Source: Clostridiales bacterium
GTDB taxonomy: Bacteria; Bacillota; Clostridia; Christensenellales; Aristaeellaceae
Assembly (NCBI GenBank): GCA_022769795.1
Contig: JALEIQ010000069.1
Location: forward strand, 1-49,974
Direction of reading: 5' to 3'
Length of the DNA: 49,974 nt
Position numbers and translations under genes: made by a program
Shown here: positions 39,501 through 46,661 of the stretch, one piece after another
Position numbering within the stretch: the first letter of the stretch is position 1
How the letters are laid out: each line of letters starts with the position of its first letter
The notes under the pieces: generated by a model
What the model was told of the DNA's origin: nothing
The model's database searches: none
The model's input: the letters and a program-made list of their open reading frames with translations, nothing else

Positions 39501-41363
39501 TTTCATACCTGCCTGTTTACCTGCGGCCCTAACCCAACCGCATGGCAGCTCACGACTCTCTCCCACATGGAAGGCGGCATTCTGGTTGTCAATCCCGCGA
39601 TGGAGGGCGTCGCCTGCCTCTGCGGCGTCGATCCCGCGCCCACCTTCAGCACCGCCATGAGCGCCGGGGCCTTCCAGGGCTTATGGAGCGTCGCCCCTAG
39701 CGCGCTTAGCTGCCATGAAAATCCGCCCAACGATTCGGGCTGTGCCGCCGTGCTTGCCTATACGCTCCATCTAAAGCCCGGCGAAACCCGCGTCTTGACC
39801 AGCGTGATTGCCTGCGGCCAGTCCCGCGCGGCTCTGGAACGCGCTCTAGACACTTTCCGCCGCGACGGGGCCAGCCTGCGGCTGCATGCCGTGCGTCAAT
39901 ACTGGGAGCAGCGCCTTGGCGTGTTCCGCTTCGACCTGCCCGATCCCGCCCTTTCTATTCTGCTGGGGCGCTGGCTTCCCTATCAGATACAGGCCTCCAG
40001 GCTGTGGATGCGTGCGGGCTTCTATCAGGCGGGCGGAGCGTATGGCTTCCGCGACCAGCTACAGGATATGCTCGCCCTGCTGTATACCCAGCCGGACGAG
40101 GTGCGCGCGCATCTTCTGGAATGCGCGGCGCATCAGTTTGAGGAAGGCGACGTGCAACACTGGTGGCACGCGCCGCGCTATGGCGTGCGTACCCGCATTA
40201 GCGATGACAAGCTGTTCCTTCCCTATGTGGCGGCCCTGTATGTGGAGGCTACAGGCGACACGGCTCTGCTAAACGAGGCCGTGCCCTACCTGCATGCCGC
40301 GCCCCTTGCCCAGGGCGAACGCGAGCGCCTTTTCACCCCCGATGTGTCCGAGCTGAGCGAGCCCTTCCAGGCGCATTGCCTAAGGGCCATTGACAGCGTC
40401 GCGCTGGGCGCTCACGGTCTGCCCCTGATGGGCGGCGGCGACTGGAACGACGGCATGAACCGCGTGGGCGGAGAGAACGGCGAAAGCGTATGGCTGGGGA
40501 TGTTCCTCTGCGAAGTGCTGCGGCGCTTTTCCGCCCTGCTCACAGACGGCCAGGCGCAGCGGCTGAACCAGCGCCGCGAGGCCCTGCTGGCCGCGCTTGA
40601 CCGTTACGCCTGGGATGGCGCATGGTATCTGCGCGGTTGGTATTCGGATGGAGCGCGCCTAGGAAGCGCCTCCTCCGAGGAATGCCGCATTGACGCGCTT
40701 CCTCAAAGCTGGGCCGCGCTGTGCGGCGTTTCGCGCGAGCGCGCCGCCCTGGCTATGGACAGCGTGTGGCGGTTGCTTTTTGAACGGAATATCGGGATTC
40801 TGAAGCTCTTTACGCCGCCCTTTGACGGCGCGGAGCAGCCGGGCTACATCGCGGGCTATCTGCCGGGCGTTCGGGAAAACGGCGGGCAGTATACCCATGC
40901 CGCCTGTTGGGCCGTCGCCGCCTTCAAGCGGCTTGGTCAGGAAAACCGCGCCTGGGAGCTGGCCGGGGCGCTGCTGCCCGTGCATCATGCGTCCACCAAG
41001 CAGCTTGCCCTGCGCTACCGCGTGGAACCCTACGTACTGGCGGCGGATATCTATTCCAATCCCCAGCAGCGCGGACGCGGCGGATGGACCTGGTACACAG
41101 GCAGCGCCGCCTGGTACCAATACGTCGTTCTCCGCTGCCTGCTGGGCTTCCAAAAGGAAGGCGCCACGCTGCGTTTCCAGCCCGTCGCGCCAGATAGCTG
41201 GGATGAGCTTCGCATCACCTATCGTTATGGCACGGCTACCTACCATCTGCGCGCCGCGCGCGACTGCCCCTTCCCCTCCGCCGATGGAGAGCAGCTGACC
41301 GACGGCCGCATCCAGCTCAAGGACGACGGCCGCATCCACGAGGCGGTTTTCCCTCTGCGCTAG
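33549..41363 (+). CDS. Cyclic beta-1,2-glucan synthase-like multidomain protein (GT84-like glycosyltransferase, glucoamylase-like/cyclisation region, GH94-like phosphorylase)
   Basis: 2604 codons. ARWLCENGRFLQEEI is an NdvB/Cgs-type N-terminus. There are two TM clusters. ITLDSDT is at about aa 594 and HRWTRGDWQ at about aa 738 (GT). NIGLYLCS is at about aa 978. GFRDQLQD is at about aa 2168 and GGGDWNDG at about aa 2295 (GH94). RBS GCGGAGG precedes the start. Confidence 0.8.
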   Translation: MHWIIAVSGLLILALLAWGARRPSQPTYRDAPLDDALNAHLSALAARPEGRGKARMRMPRGMPRAFEKAVRYLNALPSGELLPAARWLCENGRFLQEEIASLVLSLKDAPKLPKTPEGTPRAVLFARELMGHSAAVFTRVRFEKAVEAWQESSVFTNTELDHLPLAIRLTLAEMVCELAVLCVKEQRAQLCAVRAERCLRQGRERQALRLIKLHGHEPAFLERLLSEARAGADGASALWLDQYFTQHGLSADALAQTEHDHQSEICHWVSNAVTSLRAVGRVPWQRVLESLSPVHTALCQDDTYRAMDQESRAYYRGRVALAARRSKRAELAVCAGALTLCRGAEANTIRAHVGYYLLDDGYSALLRYLQAMGLSNRIRVFAAAHACGLFRLLSWLGFFGFVALGWRARLPVLLWVPFAAMLLYAVQQLAIVLIRRRLRPRMVPRLLVERLSPSTQTLVVCPTMLLSAQHAISMVKHLSVLHQANPDPHLHFLLLGDFQDSLTGALSGDEEIVTAAASAIQALCEASGHTFLYLQRERVFSARDHMYMSRERKRGSLETLLRLIDGRPISDSFAYASFPIEALKGQYRYVITLDSDTILPPGSALRLIGAMLHPLQKRQRADGRMRGVSVIQPRMETSAHTVGSVLGLLLGGSGGTDPYNALIADFAHDALHRGTFMGKGIIDPKPFLDGTGNNIIPGCVLSHDLLEGELTGCALASDTPLYDGHPKALKGFLYRLHRWTRGDWQLLPYLLPLFPDRAPRGVLSAASKHKLWQNLFRSLIAPLRVLLIAYAAVTGRAWLLLLALIGPEIAYLLPPDGQSLAAFLCRLAVLPCEAIMQADAIARTLYRLWFSRRNLLAWTTAAQLTTPSAKPPMLFFYISMASGAAAAGLSLLGRGALIPGLALGALWIAFPFALPFLEQPYEQPQRPTGYMREVLKRLAACTLTFFETAITESDHALPPDNVQIEPNKGISHRTSPTNIGLYLCSLIASERLRLLSPDEMAQRMDATLKTLEALEKWEGHCFNWYDTRTLKPLEPRFVSSVDSGNLAVSLLTCAQGIRVLMPELSACWHSLSARMDALAEGMRFSALFDPEAELFYIGVHPADETPTREHYDLLASESRLMSFVAIMLGQIPIKHWYRLGRLYTRTPHGQTLLSFSGTMFEYMMPLLFQPVVRGTLLHRMLTNALQTQKSHRLGGVFGVSESGYYAFDPNLFYQYRAFGLPRLSLDSEQRSDVIAPYATLLGMPLNLKGMFHNLLRLQSLGMQGPLGLFEAADFSPERTQGQPMRIVRSHMAHHQGMILCAICNALEENYIATLFSSLPRAQAYRLLLEERPGRGRGLVRHPLRRTAREPAASAADMQRTADPLRFPIDAHLLHGADTTWLIDAQGNGYLSRNGVMLTRFHESCHLPSGMRLYLRDSQSGSYWNITDPSLTNTVTFETAQAVFTHERFQVETTLRLFVNPLDGAALACITLKNQSPMERMMEVCSYLEPALASQRDDEAHPAFQNLFIRTERMQRCGVQALRRSREPEEAPRRLWHMMATNATLTMVRVQTDRTAFLGRGRTFHAPRALELPISATADALGDMIEPCLSLRGQFVLPPNGQLQFVFSTLMPGANDKASAFLERYGQADSALRLYEPALTQGLVTARYLGLTPSMQAGVSRLVGALAYTGQPMQSRYAAENTLPVSGLWSLGISGDLPILLLECEETKDLSLVNLLLKAHAYYRMHGLWIDLVLVVTRPAGYGHPFRDRLSDMAHACHSHELIGREGGIHLFDSLTGDQLALLRASARIVLSATAGSLPDQLRAMQTGGRARPLYLCRPSTQWKNLLPETDALLFENGYGGFTRAEGNYQITLPPGRQTPAPWCNPLCSQRFGTLAAESGLLFTYQGNSHSGRLTRWPNDSVTPRGEETFFLRDERNQLLWSLTRMPLGHGMPVRVTHAPGETIYECCGYGIQCRMHCYTDLEADIGARVLHVKNLDQQERALTLFHTCLFTCGPNPTAWQLTTLSHMEGGILVVNPAMEGVACLCGVDPAPTFSTAMSAGAFQGLWSVAPSALSCHENPPNDSGCAAVLAYTLHLKPGETRVLTSVIACGQSRAALERALDTFRRDGASLRLHAVRQYWEQRLGVFRFDLPDPALSILLGRWLPYQIQASRLWMRAGFYQAGGAYGFRDQLQDMLALLYTQPDEVRAHLLECAAHQFEEGDVQHWWHAPRYGVRTRISDDKLFLPYVAALYVEATGDTALLNEAVPYLHAAPLAQGERERLFTPDVSELSEPFQAHCLRAIDSVALGAHGLPLMGGGDWNDGMNRVGGENGESVWLGMFLCEVLRRFSALLTDGQAQRLNQRREALLAALDRYAWDGAWYLRGWYSDGARLGSASSEECRIDALPQSWAALCGVSRERAALAMDSVWRLLFERNIGILKLFTPPFDGAEQPGYIAGYLPGVRENGGQYTHAACWAVAAFKRLGQENRAWELAGALLPVHHASTKQLALRYRVEPYVLAADIYSNPQQRGRGGWTWYTGSAAWYQYVVLRCLLGFQKEGATLRFQPVAPDSWDELRITYRYGTATYHLRAARDCPFPSADGEQLTDGRIQLKDDGRIHEAVFPLR

Positions 41364-41394
41364 CGTATGGGCCGCCCCCGCAAACAAAGAAAAT

Positions 41395-41429
41395 GCCCTG
41401 TGCGGTTCGTCCCCCAAACCGCACAGGGC
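41395..41429. terminator. Bidirectional intrinsic terminator (glucan synthase gene / glmS)
   Basis: 13-bp stem GCCCTGTGCGGTT / AACCGCACAGGGC with a 9-nt loop. T-rich tracts follow on both strands. Confidence 0.7.
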
Positions 41430-41435
41430 GCATTT

Positions 41436-43271
41436 TTATTCCACGGTCACGCTCTTTGCCAGGTTACGCGGCTTATCCACATCGCAGCCGCGCGCCACGG
41501 CCATGCAGTAGGCAAATAGCTGCAAGGGAATCGCTGCCAGAATAGGCGCAAGCAGCTCATCCGTCTTAGGAATCGCAATCACTTCCCCGGCGACGCCGCG
41601 CACCCTGTCCGCCAGATCCTCGCGGCACACGGCCACTACCTGCGCCCCGCGTGCCGCTACCTCGCGCAGGTTGCTGAGCGTCTTATCCACAAGCGGCGGC
41701 TGCGTAATGGCCGCCACCACCAGCCGTCCGCGCTCCAGCAGGGCGATGGGCCCATGCTTGAGCTCGCCCGCGGCATACGCCTCGCTAAAGATATAGCTAA
41801 CCTCCTTTAGCTTGAGCGCCGCCTCCATAGACAGGGCGTAATCCATTCCGCGCCCTACAAAGAACACATGCTTTTTTTGACTGAGCGTGCTGGTAAGGCG
41901 CTGCAGGAGCGCTTCCGTGCCAAGCGTTTCCCGCGCTTTTTCCGGCAATTCCTCAAGCGCCCGCAATAGCTCTCCCGCGCGCTCCCCGGCCAGGCTGCCG
42001 CGCATTTCTCCCAGCGCAATGGCGATCAGCAGCAGCATTTCGGCTTGGGTTACATAGGCCTTGGTGCTGGCCACGGCAATCTCGGGTCCGGCGTAGGTAT
42101 ACAGCGTGTTTTGCTCGCCCGCCTCCCGGGTGATGGTGGAGCCAACCACGTTGCATACGGCCAGCACGCGCGCTCCTCGGCGCTTGGCCTCGCGCAGGGC
42201 GGCCAGCGTATCCGCCGTTTCTCCGCTCTGCGAAATGGCGATAAACAGCTCGTTTTCCCCCACGACCGGCTCGCGATAGCGGTATTCGCTGGCGATATCC
42301 GCCTCCACGGGAAGCCTGGCGAGGCGTTCGATAGCGTATTTTCCCAGCACTCCCGCGTGATATGCCGTTCCGCACGCCACAATGCTGATTTTTCGAAGGC
42401 TGCGCGCCTCCTGCGGCGAGAGCGGCAGCCAACCGTAATCTCCCAAAAGGCTGCTCCTGCGCGGTGCAAACGTGTTTTGCAGCGCGGCGGGCTGCTCGTG
42501 GATTTCTTTCAGCATGTAATGGGCGTAGCCGCCCTTTTCCGCGCTGGCCAAATCCCAATCCACATGAAACGCGGCGTGACGGCGGCTCTTTCCATAAGCG
42601 TCATACACGCTTAGGCCCTCGCGGTTCAGCACGGCGATCTCCTTATCCTCCAAAAAAATCACATCGCGCGTGTGGCTCAGCAGCGCAGGGATATCCGAGG
42701 CGATAAATCCCTCTCCGTCCTTCATGCCAACCACCAGGGGGCTGTCGTTGCGGGCGCAGTACAGCGTATCCGGCTCGCGGTCGCAAATTACGCCCAACGC
42801 ATAGCTGCCCTCCAGCATGCCCATGGCCTGCAAAAGCGCCCCGCGCATATCTCCCCGGTACAGCAGGTTCAGCAAATGCGCAATGACCTCCGTATCCGTC
42901 TGGCTTACAAAGCGCGCGCCCATTCCTTCCAGGTAGCCGCGCAGCGCCTCATGATTTTCAATAATTCCGTTATGCACAACGGCGATGCCGCCCTGTACGT
43001 CCGTATGCGGATGCGCGTTTAAGTCGCTGGGCTCGCCGTGCGTCGCCCAGCGCGTATGACCTATGCCTATCGTGCCGGCAACCGGCTGCCCGTCCAGCAA
43101 TCCTTTCAGGTTTTCCAGCCTTCCCTTGGCCTTGCGCACATCTATTTTCCCATCCGGCCCAATAACGGCCACGCCCGCGCTATCATATCCCCGGTAGGAT
43201 AGCCTTTCTAGCCCTTCCACCAGCACCGGCGTGGCCTGCTTTGGCCCAATATAGCCTACGATTCCGCACAT
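41436..43271 (-). CDS. glmS: Glutamine--fructose-6-phosphate aminotransferase
   Basis: MCGIVGYIG N-terminus, two SIS domains, and the C-terminal ...NLAKSVTVE. RBS GGAGG precedes the start. Confidence 0.97.
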   Translation of the reverse strand: MCGIVGYIGPKQATPVLVEGLERLSYRGYDSAGVAVIGPDGKIDVRKAKGRLENLKGLLDGQPVAGTIGIGHTRWATHGEPSDLNAHPHTDVQGGIAVVHNGIIENHEALRGYLEGMGARFVSQTDTEVIAHLLNLLYRGDMRGALLQAMGMLEGSYALGVICDREPDTLYCARNDSPLVVGMKDGEGFIASDIPALLSHTRDVIFLEDKEIAVLNREGLSVYDAYGKSRRHAAFHVDWDLASAEKGGYAHYMLKEIHEQPAALQNTFAPRRSSLLGDYGWLPLSPQEARSLRKISIVACGTAYHAGVLGKYAIERLARLPVEADIASEYRYREPVVGENELFIAISQSGETADTLAALREAKRRGARVLAVCNVVGSTITREAGEQNTLYTYAGPEIAVASTKAYVTQAEMLLLIAIALGEMRGSLAGERAGELLRALEELPEKARETLGTEALLQRLTSTLSQKKHVFFVGRGMDYALSMEAALKLKEVSYIFSEAYAAGELKHGPIALLERGRLVVAAITQPPLVDKTLSNLREVAARGAQVVAVCREDLADRVRGVAGEVIAIPKTDELLAPILAAIPLQLFAYCMAVARGCDVDKPRNLAKSVTVE

Positions 43272-43293
43272 AGTGCCTACCTCCGTTAAAAAT

Positions 43294-43313
43294 AATACGT
43301 ATTAAAACGTTTT
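43294..43313. promoter_or_regulatory. Two abutting perfect 10-bp palindromes in the glmS upstream region
   Basis: AATACGTATT (43294-43303) and AAAACGTTTT (43304-43313). Both have the form AAnACGTnTT. They sit 23 to 42 nt upstream of the glmS ATG and overlap a TATTAT -10-like hexamer. Confidence 0.35.
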
Positions 43314-43321
43314 ATAAAATA

Positions 43322-44038
43322 TCATTTCTGGCTTTCCTTGTCAACCCCCAAAAACACCTCCAGCGGGTCAACCGGCCTGCCGTTTTTCCAAACCTCCAGG
43401 TGCAGGTGCGCTTCAGCGTCGCTTTCGTTCAGCACGCCGTTTCCCACATGTCCCAGCGTCTGCCCTTGGGCAATGGGGTCGCCCGCGCGAACATAACCGG
43501 CAGCGCTAAGCCCCGCATACACGCTTTCATAGCCGTATTCATGGCTGATTTTCACACACAGGCCCAGCTCGTTATCCTGCCATACGTTTTTTACCGTACC
43601 GGCGGCGCACGCCTTCACCACGGTTCCATATTCCGCCTGCAAATCAATGCCGGGATGCACCTGCCAAACGTTTCCCTTGGCAAAATACTGCGGCTCGTCA
43701 ATGTTAAAATCGCGGTCTACAAAGCCGTTCAGCGGCTGCGCGAAGCGAAAGGGCGTTTCCGTAGGAAGCGTTGCGCCCACCTGCGCGCCCTGGCTCTGAA
43801 TCAGCTTTTGCGCCTCCTCAAGGGTCTGGCTGTTTTGCGCTCCGCCCGCCGCCAGCGCCTGCGGCGGCTCAACGGAGCTATCCTCCCACTGGTCGCGCCA
43901 GTAAAACGTATATAGCGCGCTCATCACAATAACTAGTACGCAAACGCCCAGCACAATATAAAAACCCTGTTTTTCCATCAGGCGGTCATAGCGGGCGTAT
44001 GCGCGCCTGACGCTTTGCCAGAAACGGTTGTTCTGCAT
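43322..44038 (-). CDS. spoIIQ: M23/LytM-domain membrane protein, SpoIIQ-like
   Basis: A single N-terminal TM segment (FYIVLGVCVLVIVMSALYTFYW) precedes a LytM domain with intact HPGID (HxxxD) and HLHLE (HxH). It lies directly downstream of spoIID. ATG 44038 is 6 nt after GGAGGG. Confidence 0.55.
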   Translation of the reverse strand: MQNNRFWQSVRRAYARYDRLMEKQGFYIVLGVCVLVIVMSALYTFYWRDQWEDSSVEPPQALAAGGAQNSQTLEEAQKLIQSQGAQVGATLPTETPFRFAQPLNGFVDRDFNIDEPQYFAKGNVWQVHPGIDLQAEYGTVVKACAAGTVKNVWQDNELGLCVKISHEYGYESVYAGLSAAGYVRAGDPIAQGQTLGHVGNGVLNESDAEAHLHLEVWKNGRPVDPLEVFLGVDKESQK

Positions 44039-44055
44039 TTCCATCCCTCCGGGCA

Positions 44056-44085
44056 TAGCCTTGCCCGAAACGGCGCATGCTATTC
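44056..44085 (-). promoter_or_regulatory. Candidate sigma-F/G-type promoter for the SpoIIQ-like gene
   Basis: On the - strand: GAATA (overlapping the spoIID stop), 15-nt spacer, GGCAAGGCTA. This is the same GGnnAnGCTA -10 shape as the spoIIR candidate. Confidence 0.35.
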
Positions 44086-45198
44086 TGTTTTTTCAATCGT
44101 CACGCCGGGATAGTAGTGCGTAAGAATTTGCGCATAATCCGCGCCGTCCGCGGCCATGCCGTTTGCGCCCGCCTGGCTCATGCCAACTCCATGGCCATAG
44201 CCCCGCTGGTGAAAAGTAACGCTGTTTTCGTCCGTTGAAAGGGAAAACCATGTGCTTCTCAGCCCCAGGGCGCTTCGGAAGGCAGTTCCCGCTATTACCT
44301 GTCCGTTAACCTGCATGCTTTTCACGCGGCCTGTATCCGTATATTCCCAAATGGTCAGCGTGCGCTTCACCTCATCCGCGCTAATGGGCTTGCCTTCCAA
44401 CGCGTCCCCCAGCTTTTCGCCAATTTCCTTGTAGGTAAGCGTCATATCCTCCTGAAAGCCGCGCGCGTCCTCCTCACCCCGGCTTTCCACGCTCACCAGG
44501 TAGGGCTCGCTTTGAGAAAACACGGTTTGCGCATTCTCCGTCCGCCCGCCGCTGATGGCGTGATACACAACCGTGATGGGCTGCCCGCCGTAGGTCATAA
44601 GCTCGTCCCTGGTGGCTTGCGCCGCTTCCACAACGCGGTCGCGGTACACCTCGTATTCCGTTCCCCAGCGGGCCTTGCATTCATCCGGGGTGGCGTAGCC
44701 CTGGCAGTGCGCGCTGTCCGTGCAGATATCCGCGCCCTCGTGCAGGGCGCAGCCATCGCCTTGCATCTGCTTCACGGCGCGCGTTCGCGCGGCCACCGCC
44801 TGCGCTTTTAGCGCCTCCATGTGGTATGCCGCCGGCATTTCTGCCGCTACAACGCCGCATACATAGCCTTCCAGCGTCATTTGCGTCAGACGGCTTTCCT
44901 CCGTCATGTACACGCTGATATAAGCGTCTCCCCCGCCGTCCGTCAGCCTTTCCATGGCCGCCGCGTCCGCGTCCATTCCATCCTCACGAATGCTTTGCGG
45001 CGGGTCTTGTTTTTCTCCGGGCAGCCACAGCCGCAGTACGCGCACCATGCGCGACGGCAGCAGCACGCGCGCCTGCCATAGCGGGGTCTGAACCTCCTGA
45101 AGCTGCTCCGCGCTCAGTGGCGCGCCAACCATTCTCCACAGCAACACAAGCGTTAACAGTAGTGCGGACAGCCAAACCGGCGGATAGCCACGCCTCAT
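44080..45198 (-). CDS. spoIID: Stage II sporulation protein D (lytic transglycosylase)
   Basis: SpoIID/LytB domain: YVCGVVAAEMPAAYHMEALKAQAVAARTRA, CTDSAHCQGY and GHGVGMSQAGANGMA. The start is MRRGYPP... (ATG 45198), 6 nt after GGAGGG. Confidence 0.85.
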   Translation of the reverse strand: MRRGYPPVWLSALLLTLVLLWRMVGAPLSAEQLQEVQTPLWQARVLLPSRMVRVLRLWLPGEKQDPPQSIREDGMDADAAAMERLTDGGGDAYISVYMTEESRLTQMTLEGYVCGVVAAEMPAAYHMEALKAQAVAARTRAVKQMQGDGCALHEGADICTDSAHCQGYATPDECKARWGTEYEVYRDRVVEAAQATRDELMTYGGQPITVVYHAISGGRTENAQTVFSQSEPYLVSVESRGEEDARGFQEDMTLTYKEIGEKLGDALEGKPISADEVKRTLTIWEYTDTGRVKSMQVNGQVIAGTAFRSALGLRSTWFSLSTDENSVTFHQRGYGHGVGMSQAGANGMAADGADYAQILTHYYPGVTIEKTE

Positions 45199-45320
45199 AC
45201 GCATCCCTCCAAGGGCAGAATATGCGCCCGCATTTTTCAAAAGAACGGGCAGGGATTTGCATATCTCATACGTTATCATGCACAGATGGAGAATCCTGCC
45301 AAGTGAAAGGAGCCTAACGA

Positions 45321-46661
45321 ATGATGAAGCGTATCCTAACCCTGCTGATAATTTGCTTACTGATGGTTCCGGCATTGGCGCAGGCCGCCGGGCTCGGCTC
45401 CGGCTCCACGGGCGACGAGGTGCTTTCCCTGCAAAAGCGCCTGACGGAGCTTGGCCTTTCCACAGGCAGCGCCGACGGCGTATACGGCAAGCAAACCGCC
45501 TCCGCCGTAAAGGAGGCGCAGCGCCTGCTTATCGCGGCAGGCTACGAGGTATCCCTCAGCGGCAAGGCGGATGAGGATACCCTGGCGCTGTTGTATGATG
45601 AAACCGCGGAAGCCGCCCTGCGCACCCTGCGCCGCGGCAGCAAGGGCAAGCGTGTACGCGATCTTCAATACCGGCTTATTGATCTCAAGCTGCTTTCCGA
45701 CGTGGCCGACGGCGCATACGGAAGCAAAACCGAGGAAGCCGTGCGCGCCTTTCAGCGCTATATGCTCAAGCAGGGCGTAACCGGCATCCAGGAGGATGGC
45801 GTGGCCACGCCCGCCCTGGTTGAACTGCTCATGGGCGATCTAAGCGCCTATGGCTTTGCCGACCCTGCGGACTTTGACGAAAGCAGCCCTCTTTCGCTAA
45901 CGCCGGATTATCTCTATGCCAAGGCATGCATTCTTGTAGACGCGCCAACGGGGAAGGTGCTGTTTGAAAGCGCCGCGGATGAGCCTCTGCCCCCCGCCAG
46001 CACCACAAAGATTATGACGCTGCTTCTTGCCATCGAGCGGGGAGATTTGCAGGAAACCGTCACCATTCCCGAATGCGCCAAGGACGTCGCCAAGGACAGC
46101 TCCCTTGTGCCCGTGAGCGTCGGCGAGAAAATGCGTATGCAGGATCTTCTTTACGGGCTTATCATCCGTTCTGGCAACGATGCGGCCAATGCCGTGGCGG
46201 AGCTATGCGCAGGCAGCGTGGATGCGTTTGTGGAGCGCATGAACGAGCGCGCCAGGGAGCTTGGCATGACGGGCACCCACTTTGCCAATCCCCACGGCTA
46301 CCATGACGATCAGCATTACACCACCGCCCGCGACCTCGCCACTCTCACGCGGCAGGGCCTTACGGACGCGGACTTCTGCCAGATCGTCACCTGCATGAGC
46401 TATACCATGCTCGCCACCGCCCAAAGGGGCGAGCTGGTTCTTCAAAACACCTATGAAATATTCGACCCCGCCTCGCCCTACTACATCGTGGGCGCGGCGG
46501 GGGTAAAAAGCGGCTATACCTCCAACGCCGGGTTTTGCTATGTGGGCGCCGCGCAGCGCGACGGGCGCACGCTGATCGCCGTTATCCTGGGTGACGCGAC
46601 GCGCGACCGGGGCTGGGTAGATCTCAAGCGCCTGTTTGCCTACGGCTTTGCGCATCCTTAA
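45321..46661 (+). CDS. D-alanyl-D-alanine carboxypeptidase (PBP5/S11 family) with two N-terminal PG_binding_1 repeats
   Basis: A signal peptide is present. GDEVLSLQKRL...DGVYGKQT occurs twice. The active-site motifs are STTK, SGND and KSG. RBS AAAGGAG precedes the start. Confidence 0.85.
   Translation: MMKRILTLLIICLLMVPALAQAAGLGSGSTGDEVLSLQKRLTELGLSTGSADGVYGKQTASAVKEAQRLLIAAGYEVSLSGKADEDTLALLYDETAEAALRTLRRGSKGKRVRDLQYRLIDLKLLSDVADGAYGSKTEEAVRAFQRYMLKQGVTGIQEDGVATPALVELLMGDLSAYGFADPADFDESSPLSLTPDYLYAKACILVDAPTGKVLFESAADEPLPPASTTKIMTLLLAIERGDLQETVTIPECAKDVAKDSSLVPVSVGEKMRMQDLLYGLIIRSGNDAANAVAELCAGSVDAFVERMNERARELGMTGTHFANPHGYHDDQHYTTARDLATLTRQGLTDADFCQIVTCMSYTMLATAQRGELVLQNTYEIFDPASPYYIVGAAGVKSGYTSNAGFCYVGAAQRDGRTLIAVILGDATRDRGWVDLKRLFAYGFAHP

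Noticed and set aside
43272-43321. glmS ribozyme upstream of glmS.
   Set aside because: The intergenic region is only 50 nt, and I could not see the conserved ribozyme core. The upstream sequence is coding (the SpoIIQ-like gene).
45199-45320. Sigma-E promoter for spoIID and a sporulation promoter for the divergent carboxypeptidase gene.
   Set aside because: Only partial matches were found (CATATTCT as a -10, GCATATC as a -35), and none had a correctly spaced partner element. This is not enough to call.
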